Positions 40,701 to 56,200 of a stretch of DNA of 64,000 bases are shown here, piece after piece. The translations under genes and the position numbers were made by a program. Position 1 is the first letter of the stretch. Every line of letters begins with the position of its first letter. Under the pieces are notes generated by a model that worked only from the letters and a program-made list of their open reading frames with translations, had not been told where the DNA came from and made no database searches. The DNA comes from the human T2T-CHM13v2.0 reference genome, Homo sapiens, in the NCBI RefSeq assembly GCF_009914755.1, contig NC_060939.1. One strand, written 5' to 3'.

Positions 40701-43700
40701 CGTATCCATTCCATTCCAGTCCATTCCATTTGTGTCCACTGCATTCCATTCCACTCCATTCCATATTATTCCATTACACTCCATTCCATTCTATTACTTT
40801 CATTTCCATTCAATTCCATTCCATTTGATTCCATTCCACTCGGTTTCATTCCATTTGAGTCCACTCCATTCCATTCCATTCCATTCAGTTCCATTCCATT
40901 CTGTTCCATTCCATTCCGTTCCATTACATTCCATTCCATTCGGTACCATTCCATATTGTTCCATTCGATTCCATTCGAATCCATTCCATTCCAGTCCATT
41001 CCATTCGATTCCATTCCATTCATTTCAATTCCATTCCATTCCATTCCATTACATTCCACTTGATTCCTCTCCATTCCCTTCCACTGCATTCCGTTCGATT
41101 CCATTCCATTGCATTGCATTCCATTCCATTGGATTGCATTCCATTCGATTCCATTCCATTCGAATCAATTACATAGCAATCCATTACATTCGAGTCTATT
41201 CTCTTCCGTTCCATTCGATTTCGTTCCAATCCATTCGATTCCATTCCATTCGATTCCATTCCATACTATTGCATTCCATTCGATTACATTATATTCGAAT
41301 AAGTTCCATTCAAGACCATTTCTTTTGAGTCCATTCTATTTGAGTCCATTCCCTTTGATTCCATAACATTTGAGTCCATTCAATTCCATTCCTTTCGTTT
41401 CCATTCCATTTGATGCCATTCCATTCAATTCTGTTCTACTCGACTCCAATACATTCAATTCCATTCCATCCGATTCCATTACATTCTTTTCATTTCTTAT
41501 CCATTTCAAGCCATTCCACTCCATTCCATTCCACTCGTTTCCTTTCCATTCGAGTCCATTCCTCTCCAGTCCATTCCGTTCAATCCATTCCATTCCAGTC
41601 CATTCCATTCGAGTCCGTTCCATTCCAGTCCATTCCATTCGAGTCAATTCCATTCCATTCGATGTCTTTCCATAACGATCCATTCCATTCTATTCCTTTC
41701 GATTCCATTCCATTCTATTTCATTCCATTCGATTCCCTTCCATTGGACTCCTTTCCATTCGAGTGCATTCCATTCCGTTCCATTTCTTTCCGTTCTGTAC
41801 GATTCCTACCGTTCGATTTCATTTTGTTCCAGTCCATTCTTTCGCGTCCATTCATTCCATTTCACTCCATTCGATTCCATTCCACTCGATTCCACTTCGT
41901 TCCATTTCATTGCATTCCATTCTATTCAACTCTATTGCCTTCCATTCCATTCCATTCGATTACATTCCATGCGATTCCATTCGAAATCGAATCAATTACA
42001 TTGCAATCCATTACTATTGAGTCCGTTTTATTCCAGTCCACTGCATTCTGGTCCATTCCATTTGATTCCATTCCATTCTATTCCATTCCATACAGTTGCA
42101 TTCCATTGGATTCCATGCTATATCTATAAATTCAATTCGAGACCATTGCTTTTGAGTCCATTCTATATGATTCCATTCCATTCAAGTCCATTACATTTGG
42201 TTAAATTCCATTCCATTCGGTTCAATTCCATTCCATTCCATTCCCTTCCATTCCATTCCAGTTGATATCAATCCATTCGATTCCATTCCATTCGAGCACA
42301 TTCCATTCGAGTCCATTCCATTCGATGCCATTCCATTTGATTCTATTCCATTAGTCTCCATTCAATTCCATTAATCTCCATTCCATTCCATTCTACTCCA
42401 ACTGATTCCATTCCATTCTATTCCTTTCCATTCCATTTCATTCCATTCCATTCCATTCCATTCCATTCCATTCCATTCCATTCGTGTCCATTCCACTCCA
42501 GTCCATTCCATTCGTATCCATTCCATTCCAGTCCATTCCATTTGTGTCCACTGCATTCCATTCCACTCCATTCCATATTATTCCATTACACTCCATTCCA
42601 TTCTATTACTTTCATTTCCATTCAATTCCATTCCATTTGATTCCATTCCACTCGGTTTCATTCCATTTGAGTCCACTCCATTCCATTCCATTCCATTCAG
42701 TTCCATTCCATTCTGTTCCATTCCATTCCGTTCCATTACATTCCATTCCATTCGGTACCATTCCATATTGTTCCATTCGATTCCATTCGAATCCATTCCA
42801 TTCCAGTCCATTCCATTCGATTCCATTCCATTCATTTCAATTCCATTCCATTCCATTCCATTACATTCCACTTGATTCCTCTCCATGCCCTTCCACTGCA
42901 TTCCGTTCGATTCCATTCCATTGCATTGCATTCCATTCCATTGGATTGCATTCCATTCGATTCCATTCCATTCGAATCAATTACATAGCAATCCATTACA
43001 TTCGAGTCTATTCTCTTCCGTTCCATTCGATTTCGTTCCAATCCATTCGATTCCATTCCATTCGATTCCATTCCATACTATTGCATTCCATTCGATTACA
43101 TTATATTCGAATAAGTTCCATTCAAGACCATTTCTTTTGAGTCCATTCTATTTGAGTCCATTCCCTTTGATTCCATAACATTTGAGTCCATTCAATTCCA
43201 TTCCTTTCGTTTCCATTCCATTTGATGCCATTCCATTCAATTCTGTTCTACTCGACTCCAATACATTCAATTCCATTCCATCCGATTCCATTACATTCTT
43301 TTCATTTCTTATCCATTTCAAGCCATTCCACTCCATTCCATTCCACTCGTTTCCTTTCCATTCGAGTCCATTCCTCTCCAGTCCATTCCGTTCAATCCAT
43401 TCCATTCCAGTCCATTCCATTCGAGTCCGTTCCATTCCAGTCCATTCCATTCGAGTCAATTCCATTCCATTCGATGTCTTTCCATAACGATCCATTCCAT
43501 TCTATTCCTTTCGATTCCATTCCATTCTATTTCATTCCATTCGATTCCCTTCCATTGGACTCCTTTCCATTCGAGTGCATTCCATTCCGTTCCATTTCTT
43601 TCCGTTCTGTACGATTCCTACCGTTCGATTTCATTTTGTTCCAGTCCATTCTTTCGCGTCCATTCATTCCATTTCACTCCATTCGATTCCATTCCACTCG

Positions 43701-46700
43701 ATTCCACTTCGTTCCATTTCATTGCATTCCATTCTATTCAACTCTATTGCCTTCCATTCCATTCCATTCGATTACATTCCATGCGATTCCATTCAAAATC
43801 GAATCAATTACATTGCAATCCATTACTATTGAGTCCGTTTTATTCCAGTCCACTGCATTCTGGTCCATTCCATTTGATTCCATTCCATTCTATTCCATTC
43901 CATACAGTTGCATTCCATTGGATTCCATGCTATATCTATAAATTCAATTCGAGACCATTGCTTTTGAGTCCATTCTATATGATTCCATTCCATTCAAGTC
44001 CATTACATTTGGTTCAATTCCATTCCATTCGGTTCAATTCCATTCCATTCCATTCCCTTCCATTCCATTCCAGTTGATATCAATCCATTCGATTCCATTC
44101 CATTCGAGCACATTCCATTCGAGTCCATTCCATTCGATGCCATTCCATTTGATTCTATTCCATTAGTCTCCATTCAATTCCATTAATCTCCATTCCATTC
44201 CATTCTACTCCAACTGATTCCATTCCATTCTATTCCTTTCCATTCCATTTCATTCCATTCCATTCCATTCCATTCCATTCCATTCCATTCCATTCCATTC
44301 GTGTCCATTCCACTCCAGTCCATTCCATTCGTATCCATTCCATTCCAGTCCATTCCATTTGTGTCCACTGCATTCCATTCCACTCCATTCCATATTATTC
44401 CATTACACTCCATTCCATTCTATTACTTTCATTTCCATTCAATTCCATTCCATTTGATTCCATTCCACTCGGTTTCATTCCATTTGAGTCCACTCCATTC
44501 CATTCCATTCCATTCAGTTCCATTCCATTCTGTTCCATTCCATTCCGTTCCATTACATTCCATTCCATTCGGTACCATTCCATATTGTTCCATTCGATTC
44601 CATTCGAATCCATTCCATTCCAGTCCATTCCATTCGATTCCATTCCATTCATTTCAATTCCATTCCATTCCATTCCATTACATTCCACTTGATTCCTCTC
44701 CATTCCCTTCCACTGCATTCCGTTCGATTCCATTCCATTGCATTGCATTCCATTCCATTGGATTGCATTCCATTCGATTCCATTCCATTCGAATCAATTA
44801 CATAGCAATCCATTACATTCGAGTCTATTCTCTTCCGTTCCATTCGATTTCGTTCCAATCCATTCGATTCCATTCCATTCGATTCCATTCCATACTATTG
44901 CATTCCATTCGATTACATTATATTCGAATAAGTTCCATTCAAGACCATTTCTTTTGAGTCCATTCTATTTGAGTCCATTCCCTTTGATTCCATAACATTT
45001 GAGTCCATTCAATTCCATTCCTTTCGTTTCCATTCCATTTGATGCCATTCCATTCAATTCTGTTCTACTCGACTCCAATACATTCAATTCCATTCCATCC
45101 GATTCCATTACATTCTTTTCATTTCTTATCCATTTCAAGCCATTCCACTCCATTCCATTCCACTCGTTTCCTTTCCATTCGAGTCCATTCCTCTCCAGTC
45201 CATTCCGTTCAATCCATTCCATTCCAGTCCATTCCATTCGAGTCCGTTCCATTCCAGTCCATTCCATTCGAGTCAATTCCATTCCATTCGATGTCTTTCC
45301 ATAACGATCCATTCCATTCTATTCCTTTCGATTCCATTCCATTCTATTTCATTCCATTCGATTCCCTTCCATTGGACTCCTTTCCATTCGAGTGCATTCC
45401 ATTCCGTTCCATTTCTTTCCGTTCTGTACGATTCCTACCGTTCGATTTCATTTTGTTCCAGTCCATTCCTTTCGCGTCCATTCCATTCCATTTCACTCCA
45501 TTCGATTCCATTCCACTCGATTCCACTTCGTTCCATTTCATTGCATTACATTCTATTCAACTCTATTGCCTTCCATTCCATTCCATTCGATTACATTCCA
45601 TGCGATTCCATTCGAAATCGAATCAATTACATTGCAAACCATTACTATTGAGTCCGTTTTATTCCAGTCCACTGCATTCTGGTCCATTCCATTTGATTCC
45701 ATTCCATTCTATTCCATTCCATACAGTTGCATTCCATTGGATTCCATGCTATATCTATAAATTCAATTCGAGACCATTGCTTTTGAGTCCATTCTATATG
45801 ATTCCATTCCATTCAAGTCCATTACATTTGGTTCAATTCCATTCCATTCAATTCCCTTTCATTCCATTCCATTTGATATCAATCCATTCGATTCCATTCC
45901 ATTCGAGCACATTCCATTCGAGTCCATTCCATTCGATGCCATTCCATTTGATTCTATTCCATTAGTCTCCATTCAATTCCATTAATCTCCATTCCATTCC
46001 ATTCTACTCCTACTGATTCAATTCCATTCTATTCCTTTCCATTCCATTTCATTCCATTCCATTCCATTTCATTCCATTCCATTCCATTCGTGTCCATTCC
46101 ACTCCAGTCCATTCCATTCGTGTCCATTCCATTCCAGTCCATTCCATTTGTGTCCACTGCATTCCATTCCACTCCATTCCATATTATTCCATTACACTCC
46201 ATTCCATTCTATTACTTTCATTTCCATTCAATTCCATTCCATTTGATTCCATTCCACTCGGTTTCATTCCATTTGAGTCCACTCCATTCCATTCCATTAA
46301 ATTCCACTCAGTTCCATTCCATTCCGTTCCATAACATTCCATTCCATTCGGTACCATTACATATTGTTCCATTCGATTCCATTCGAATCCATTCCATTCC
46401 AGTCCATTCCATTCGATTCCATTCCATTCATTTCAATTCCATTCCATTCCATTCCATTCCATTCCACTTGATTCCTCTCCATTCCCTTCCACTGCATTCC
46501 GTTCGATTCCATTCCATTGCATTGCATTCCATTCCATTGGATTGCATTCCATTCGATTCCATTCCATTCGAATCAATTACATAGCAATCCATTACATTCG
46601 AGTCTATTCTATTCCGTTCCATTCGATTTCGTTCCAATCCATTCGATTCCATTCCATTCGATTCCATTCCATACTATTGCATTCCATTCGATTACATTAT

Positions 46701-49700
46701 ATTCGAATAAGTTCCATTCAAGACCATTTCTTTTGAGTCCATTCTATTTGAGTCCATTCCCTTTGATTCCATAACATTTGAGTCCATTCAATTCCATTCC
46801 TTTCGTTTCCATTCCATTTGATGCCATTCCATTCAATTCTGTTCTACTCGACTCCAATACATTCAATTCCATTCCATCCGATTCCATTACATTCTTTTCA
46901 TTTCTTATCCATTTCAAGCCATTCCACTCCATTCCATTCCACTCGTTTCCTTTCCATTCGAGTCCATTCCTCTCCAGTCCATTCCGTTCAATCCATTCCA
47001 TTCCAGTCCATTCCATTCGAGTCCGTTCCATTCCAGTCCATTCCATTCGAGTCAATTCCATCCCATTCGATGTCTTTCCATAACGATCCATTCCACTCTA
47101 TTCCTTTCGATTCCATTCCATTCTATTTCATTCCATTCGATTCCCTTCCATTGGACTCCTTTCCATTCGAGTGCATTCCATTCCGTTCCATTTCTTTCCG
47201 TTCTGTACGATTCCTACCGTTCGATTTCATTTTCTTCCAGTCCATTCTTTCGCGTCCATGCCATTCCATTTCACTCCATTCGATTCCATTCCACTCGATT
47301 CCACTCCGTTCCATTTCATTGCATTCCATTCTATTCAACTCTATTGCCTTCCATTCCATTCCATTCGATTACATTCCATGCGATTCCATTCGAAATCGAA
47401 TCAATTACATTGCAATCCATTACTATTGAGTCCGTTTTATTCCAGTCCACTGCATTCTGGTCCATTCCATTTGATTCCATTCCATTCTATTCCATTCCAT
47501 ACAGTTGCATTCCATTGGATTCCATGCTATATCTATAAATTCAATTCGAGACCATTGCTTTTGAGTCCATTCTATATGATTCCATTCCATTCAAGTCCAT
47601 TACATTTGGTTAAATTCCATTCCATTCGGTTCAATTCCATTCCATTCCATTCCCTTCCATTCCATTCCAGTTGATATCAATCCATTCGATTCCATTCCAT
47701 TCGAGCACATTCCATTCGAATCCATTCCATTCGATGCCATTCCATTTGATTCTATTCCATTAGTCTCCATTCAATTCCATTAATCTCCATTCCATTCCAT
47801 TCAACTCCAACTGATTCCATTCCATTCTATTCCTTTCCATTCCATTTCATTCCATTCCATTCCATTCCATTCGTGTCCATTCCACTCCAGTCCATTCCAT
47901 TCGTATCCATTGCATTCCAGTCCATTCCATTTGTGTCCACTGCATTCCATTCCACTCCATTCCATATTATTCCATTACACTCCATTCCATTCTATTACTT
48001 TCATTTCCATTCAATTCCATTCCATTTGATTCCATTCCACTCGGTTTCATTCCATTTGAGTCCACTCCATTCCATTCCATTCCATTCAGTTCCATTCCAT
48101 TCTGTTCCATTCCATTCCGTTCCATTACATTCCATTCCATTCGGTACCATTCCATATTGTTCCATTCGATTCCATTCGAATCCATTCCATTCCAGTCCAT
48201 TCCATTCGATTCCATTCCATTCATTTCAATTCCATTCCATTCCATTCCATTACATTCCACTTGATTCCTCTCCATTCCCTTCCACTGCATTCCGTTCGAT
48301 TCCATTCCATTGCATTGCATTCCATTCCATTGGATTGCATTCCATTCGATTCCATTCCATTCGAATCAATTACATAGCAATCCATTACATTCGAGTCTAT
48401 TCTCTTCCGTTCCATTCGATTTCGTTCCAATCCATTCGATTCCATTCCATTCGATTCCATTCCATACTATTGCATTTCATTCGATTACATTATATTCGAA
48501 TAAGTTCCATTCAAGACCATTTCTTTTGAGTCCATTCTATTTGAGTCCATTCCCTTTGATTCCATAACATTTGAGTCCATTCAATTCCATTCCTTTCGTT
48601 TCCATTCCATTTGATGCCATTCCATTCAATTCTGTTCTACTCGACTCCAATACATTCAATTCCATTCCATCCGATTCCATTACATTCTTTTCATTTCTTA
48701 TCCATTTCAAGCCATTCCACTCCATTCCATTCCACTCGTTTCCTTTCCATTCGAGTCCATTCCTCTCCAGTCCATTCCGTTCAATCCATTCCATTCCAGT
48801 CCATTCCATTCGAGTCCGTTCCATTCCAGTCCATTCCATTCGAGTCAATTCCATTCCATTCGATGTCTTTCCATAACGATCCATTCCATTCTATTCCTTT
48901 CGATTCCATTCCATTCTATTTCATTCCATTCGATTCCCTTCCATTGGACTCCTTTCCATTCGAGTGCATTCCATTCCGTTCCATTTCTTTCCGTTCTGTA
49001 CGATTCCTACCGTTCGATTTCATTTTCTTCCAGTCCATTCTTTCGCGTCCATTCATTCCATTTCACTCCATTCGATTCCATTCCACTCGATTCCACTTCG
49101 TTCCATTTCATTGCATTCCATTCTATTCAACTCTATTGCCTTCCATTCCATTCCATTCGATTACATTCCATGCGATTCCATTCGAAATCGAATCAATTAC
49201 ATTGCAATCCATTACTATTGAGTCCGTTTTATTCCAGTCCACTGCATTCTGGTCCATTCCATTTGATTCCATTCCATTCTATTCCATTCCATACAGTTGC
49301 ATTCCATTGGATTCCATGCTATATCTATAAATTCAATTCGAGACCATTGCTTTTGAGTCCATTCTATATGATTCCATTCCATTCAAGTCCATTACATTTG
49401 GTTAAATTCCATTCCATTCGGTTCAATTCCATTCCATTCCATTCCCTTCCATTCCATTCCAGTTGATATCAATCCATTCGATTCCATTCCATTCGAGCAC
49501 ATTCCATTCGAGTCCATTCCATTCGATGCCATTCCATTTGATTCTATTCCATTAGTCTCCATTCAATTCCATTAATCTCCATTCCATTCCATTCTACTCC
49601 AACTGATTCCATTCCATTCTATTCCTTTCCATTCCATTTCATTCCATTCCATTCCATTCCATTCCATTCCATTCCATTCCATTCGTGTCCATTCCACTCC

Positions 49701-52147
49701 AGTCCATTCCATTCGTATCCATTCCATTCCAGTCCATTCCATTTGTGTCCACTGCATTCCATTCCACTCCATTCCATATTATTCCATTACACTCCATTCC
49801 ATTCTATTACTTTCATTTCCATTCAATTCCATTCCATTTGATTCCATTCCACTCGGTTTCATTCCATTTGAGTCCACTCCATTCCATTCCATTCCATTCA
49901 GTTCCATTCCATTCTGTTCCATTCCATTCCGTTCCATTACATTCCATTCCATTCGGTACCATTCCATATTGTTCCATTCGATTCCATTCGAATCCATTCC
50001 ATTCCAGTCCATTCCATTCGATTCCATTCCATTCATTTCAATTCCATTCCATTCCATTCCATTACATTCCACTTGATTCCTCTCCATTCCCTTCCACTGC
50101 ATTCCGTTCGATTCCATTCCATTGCATTGCATTCCATTCCATTGGATTGCATTCCATTCGATTCCATTCCATTCGAATCAATTACATAGCAATCCATTAC
50201 ATTCGAGTCTATTCTCTTCCGTTCCATTCGATTTCGTTCCAATCCATTCGATTCCATTCCATTCGATTCCATTCCATACTATTGCATTCCATTCGATTAC
50301 ATTATATTCGAATAAGTTCCATTCAAGACCATTTCTTTTGAGTCCATTCTATTTGAGTCCATTCCCTTTGATTCCATAACATTTGAGTCCATTCAATTCC
50401 ATTCCTTTCGTTTCCATTCCATTTGATGCCATTCCATTCAATTCTGTTCTACTCGACTCCAATACATTCAATTCCATTCCATCCGATTCCATTACATTCT
50501 TTTCATTTCTTATCCATTTCAAGCCATTCCACTCCATTCCATTCCACTCGTTTCCTTTCCATTCGAGTCCATTCCTCTCCAGTCCATTCCGTTCAATCCA
50601 TTCCATTCCAGTCCATTCCATTCGAGTCCGTTCCATTCCAGTCCATTCCATTCGAGTCAATTCCATTCCATTCGATGTCTTTCCATAACGATCCATTCCA
50701 TTCTATTCCTTTCGATTCCATTCCATTCTATTTCATTCCATTCGATTCCCTTCCATTGGACTCCTTTCCATTCGAGTGCATTCCATTCCGTTCCATTTCT
50801 TTCCGTTCTGTACGATTCCTACCGTTCGATTTCATTTTGTTCCAGTCCATTCCTTTCGCGTCCATTCCATTCCATTTCACTCCATTCGATTCCATTCCAC
50901 TCGATTCCACTTCGTTCCATTTCATTGCATTCCATTCTATTCAACTCTATTGCCTTCCATTCCATTCCATTCGATTACATTCCATGCGATTCCATTCGAA
51001 ATCGAATCAATTACATTGCAAACCATTACTATTGTGTCCGTTTTATTCCAGTCCACTGCATTCTGGTCCATTCCATTTGATTCCATTCCATTCTATTCCA
51101 TTCCATACAGTTGCATTCCATTGGATTCCATGCTATATCTATAAATTCAATTCGAGACCATTGCTTTTGAGTCCATTCTATATGATTCCATTCCATTCAA
51201 GTCCATTACATTTGGTTCAATTCCATTCCATTCCATTCCCTTTCATTCCATTCCATTTGATATCAATCCATTCGATTCCATTCCATTCGAGCACATTCCA
51301 TTCGAGTCCATTCCATTCGATGCCATTCCATTTGATTCTATTCCATTAGTCTCCATTCAATTCCATTAATCTCCATTCCATTCCATTCTACTCCTACTGA
51401 TTCAATTCCATTCTATTCCTTTCCATTCCATTTCATTCCATTCCATTCCATTTCATTCCATTCCATTCCATTTCATTCCATTCCATTCCATTCGTGTCCA
51501 TTCCACTCCAGTCCATTCCATTCGTGTCCATTCCATTCCAGTCCATTCCATTTGTGTCCACTGCATTCCATTCCACTCCATTCCATATTATTGCATTACA
51601 CTCCATTCCATTCTATTACTTTCATTTCCATTCAATTCCATTCCATTTGATTCCATTCCACTCGGTTTCATTCCATTTGAGTCCACTCCATTCCATTCCA
51701 TTAAATTCCATTCAGTTCCATTCCATTCCGTTCCATAACATTCCATTCCATTCGGTACCATTACATATTGTTCCATTCGATTCCATTCGAATCCATTCCA
51801 TTCCAGTCCATTCCATTCGATTCCATTCCATTCATTTCAATTCCATTCCATTCCATTCCATTACATTCCACTTGATTCCTCTCCATTCCCTTCCACTGCA
51901 TTCCGTTCGATTCCATTCCATTGCATTGCATTCCATTCCATTGGATTGCATTCCATTCGATTCCATTCCATTCGAATCAATTACATAGCAATCCATTACA
52001 TTCGAGTCTATTCTATTCCGTTCCATTCGATTTCGTTCCAATCCATTCGATTCCATTCCATTCGATTCCATTCCATACTATTGCATTCCATTCGATTACA
52101 TTATATTCGAATAAGTTCCATTCAAGACCATTTCTTTTGAGTCCATT
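37734..52147 (+). repeat. Region of 4-unit (7231 bp) then 3-unit (5384 bp) higher-order blocks anchored by variant subtype-B units
   Basis: Subtype-B units (cattcctttcgcg, gcaaacca, 20-bp shorter) lie at landmarks 37734, 44965 and 50349. The next unit carries gtccatgcc and cgaatcc at ~40031/~40491 and ~47257/~47717. Units with the 1-bp deletion lie at 41336, 43148 and 48537. Confidence 0.8.
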
Positions 52148-53229
52148 CTATTTGAGTCCATTCCCTTTGATTCCATAACATTTGAGTCCATTCAATTCCA
52201 TTCCTTTCGTTTCCATTCCATTTGATGCCATTCCATTCAATTCTGTTCTACTCGACTCCAATACATTCAATTCCATTCCATCCGATTCCATTACATTCTT
52301 TTCATTTCTTATCCATTTCAAGCCATTCCACTCCATTCCATTCCACTCGTTTCCTTTCCATTCGAGTCCATTCCTCTCCAGTCCATTCCGTTCAATCCAT
52401 TCCATTCCAGTCCATTCCATTCGAGTCCGTTCCATTCCAGTCCATTCCATTCGAGTCAATTCTATCCCATTCGATGTCTTTCCATAACGATCCATTCCAC
52501 TCTATTCCTTTCGATTCCATTCCATTCTATTTCATTCCATTCGATTCCCTTCCATTGGACTCCTTTCCATTCGAGTGCATTCCATTCCGTTCCATTTCTT
52601 TCCGTTCTGTACGATTCCTACCGTTCGATTTCATTTTGTTCCAGTCCATTCCTTTCGCGTCCATTCCATTCCATTTCACTCCATTCGATTCCATTCCCCT
52701 CGATTCCACTTCGTTCCATTTCATTGCATTCCATTCTATTCAACTCTATTGCCTTCCATTCCATTCCATTCGATTACATTCCATGCGATTCCATTCGAAA
52801 TCAAATCAATTACATTGCAATCCATTACTATTGAGTCCATTTTATTCCAGTCCACTGCATTCTGGTCCATTCCATTTGATTCCATTCCATTCTATTCCAT
52901 TCCATACAGTTGCATTCCATTGAACTCCATTGTATATCTATAAATTCAATTCGAGACCATTGCTTTTGAGTCCATTCTATATGATTCCATTCCATTCAAG
53001 TCCATTACATTTGGTTCAATTCCATTCCATTCCATTCCCTTCCATTCCATTCCAGTTGATATCAATCCATTCGATTCCATTCCATTCGAGCACATTCCAT
53101 TCGAGTCCATTCCATTCGATGCCATTCCATTTGATTCTATTCCATTAGTCTCCATTCAATTCCATTAATCTCCATTCCATTCCATTCTACTCCAACTGAT
53201 TCCATTCCATTCTATTCCTTTCCATTCCA

Positions 53230-56200
53230 TTTCATTCCATTCCATTCCATTTCATTCCATTCCATTCCATTCCATTCCATTCGCTTCCATTCCATTCGTG
53301 TCCATTGCATTCCAGTCCATTCCATTTGTGTCCACTGCATTCCATTCCACTCCATTCCATATTATTCCATTACACTCCATTCCATTCTATTACTTTCATT
53401 TCCATTGAATTCCATTCCATTTGATTCCATTCCACTCGGTTTCATTCCATTTGAGTCCACTCCACTCCATTCCATTCCATTCCATTCCATTCAGTTCCAT
53501 TCCATTCTGTTCCATTCCATTCCGTTCCATTGCATTCCATTCCATTCGGTACCATTCCATATTGTTCCATTCGATTCCATTCGAATCCATTCCATTCCAG
53601 TCCATTCCATTCGATTCCATTCCATTCCTTTCAATTCCATTCCATTCCATTCCATTCCACTTGATTACACTCCATTAACTTCCACTGCATTCCATTGCAT
53701 TGCATTCCATTCCATTGGACTGCATTCCATTCGATTCCATTCCATTCGAATCAATTACATAGCAATCCATTACATTCGAGTCTATTCTATTCCGTTCCAT
53801 TCGATTTCGTTCCAATCCATTCGATTCCATTCCATTCGATTCCATTCCATACTATTGCATTCCATTCTATTACATTATACTCGAATAAGTTCCATTCAAG
53901 ACCATTTCTTTTGAGTCCATTCTATTTGAGTCCATTCCCTTTGATTCCATAACATTTGAGTCCATTCAATTCCATTCCTTTCGTTTCCATTCCATTTGAT
54001 GCCATTCCATTCAATTCTGTTCTACTCGACTCCAATACATTCAATTCCATTCCATCCGATTCCATTACATTCTTTTCATTTCTTATCCATTTCAAGCCAT
54101 TCCACTCCATTCCATTCCACTCGTTTCCTTTCCATTCGAGTCCATTCCTCTCCAGTCCATTCCGTTCAATCCATTCCATTCCAGTCCATTCCATTCGAGT
54201 CCGTTCCATTCCAGTCCATTCCATTCGAGTCAATTCCATCCCATTCGATGTCTTTCCATAACGATCCATTCCATTCTATTCCTTTCGATTCCATTCCATT
54301 CTATTTCATTCCATTCGATTCCCTTCCATTGGACTCCTTTCCATTCGAGTGCATTCCATTCCGTTCCATTTCTTTCCGTTCTGTACGATTCCTACCGTTC
54401 GATTTCATTTTTTTCCAGTCCATTCTTTCGCGTCCATTCCATTCCATTTCACTCCATTCGATTCCATTCCACTCGATTCCACTTCGTTCCATTTCATTGC
54501 ATTCCATTCTATTCAACTCTATTGCCTTCCATTCCATTCCATTCGATTACATTCCATGCGATTCCATTCGAAATCGAATCAATTACATTGCAATCCATTA
54601 CTATTGAGTCCGTTTTATTCCAGTCCACTGCATTCTGGTCCATTCCATTTGATTCCATTCCATTCTATTCCATTCCATACAGTTGCATTCCATTGGATTC
54701 CATGCTATATCTATAAATTCAATTCGAGACCATTGCTTTTGAGTCCATTCTATATGATTCCATTCCATTCAAGTCCATTACATTTGGTTAAATTCCATTC
54801 CATTCGGTTCAATTCCATTCCATTCCATTCCCTTCCATTCCATTCCAGTTGATATCAATCCATTCGATTCCATTCCATTCGAGCACATTCCATTCGAGTC
54901 CATTCCATTCGATGCCATTCCATTTGATTCTATTCCATTAGTCTCCATTCAATTCCATTAATCTCCATTCCATTCCATTCTACTCCAACTGATTCCATTC
55001 CATTCTATTCCTTTCCATTCCATTTCATTCCATTCCATTCCATTCCATTCCATTCCACTCCATTCCATTCCATTCGTGTCCATTCCACTCCAGTCCATTC
55101 CATTCGTATCCATTCCATTCCAGTCCATTCCATTTGTGTCCACTGCATTCCATTCCACTCCATTCCATATTATTCCATTACACTCCATTCCATTCTATTA
55201 CTTTCATTTCCATTCAATTCCATTCCATTTGATTCCATTCCACTCGGTTTCATTCCATTTGAGTCCACTCCATTCCATTCCATTCCATTCAGTTCCATTC
55301 CATTCTGTTCCATTCCATTCCGTTCCGTTACATTCCATTCCATTCGGTACCATTCCATATTGTTCCATTCGATTCCATTCGAATCCATTCCATTCCAGTC
55401 CATTCCATTCGATTCCATTCCATTCATTTCAATTCCATTCCATTCCATTCCATTATATTCCTCTTGATTCCTCTCCATTCCCTTCCACTGCATTCCGTTC
55501 GATTCCATTCCATTGCATTGCATTCCATTCCATTGGATTGCATTCCATTCGATTCCATTCCATTCGAATCAATTACATAGCAATCCATTACATTCGAGTC
55601 TATTCTCTTCTGTTCCATTCGATTTCGTTCCAATCCATTCGATTCCATTCCATTCGATTCCATTCCATACTATTGCATTCCATTCGATTACATTATATTC
55701 GAATAAGTTCCATTCAAGACCATTTCTTTTGAGTCCATTCTATTTGAGTCCATTCCCTTTGATTCCATAACATTTGAGTCCATTCAATTCCATTCCTTTC
55801 GCTTCCATTCCATTTGATGCCATTCCATTCAATTCTGTTCTACTCGACTCCAATACATTCAATTCCATTCCATCCGATTCCATTACATTCTTTTCATTTC
55901 TTATCCATTTCAAGCCATTCCACTCCATTCCATTCCACTCGTTTCCTTTCCATTCGAGTCCATTCCTCTCCAGTCCATTCCGTTCAATCCATTCCATTCC
56001 AGTCCATTCCATTCGAGTCCGTTCCATTCCAGTCCATTCCATTCGAGTCAATTCCATTCCATTCGATGTCTTTCCATAACGATCCATTCCATTCTATTCC
56101 TTTCGATTCCATTCCATTCTATTTCATTCCATTCGATTCCCTTCCATTGGACTCCTTTCCATTCGAGTGCATTCCATTCCGTTCCATTTCTTTCCGTTCT

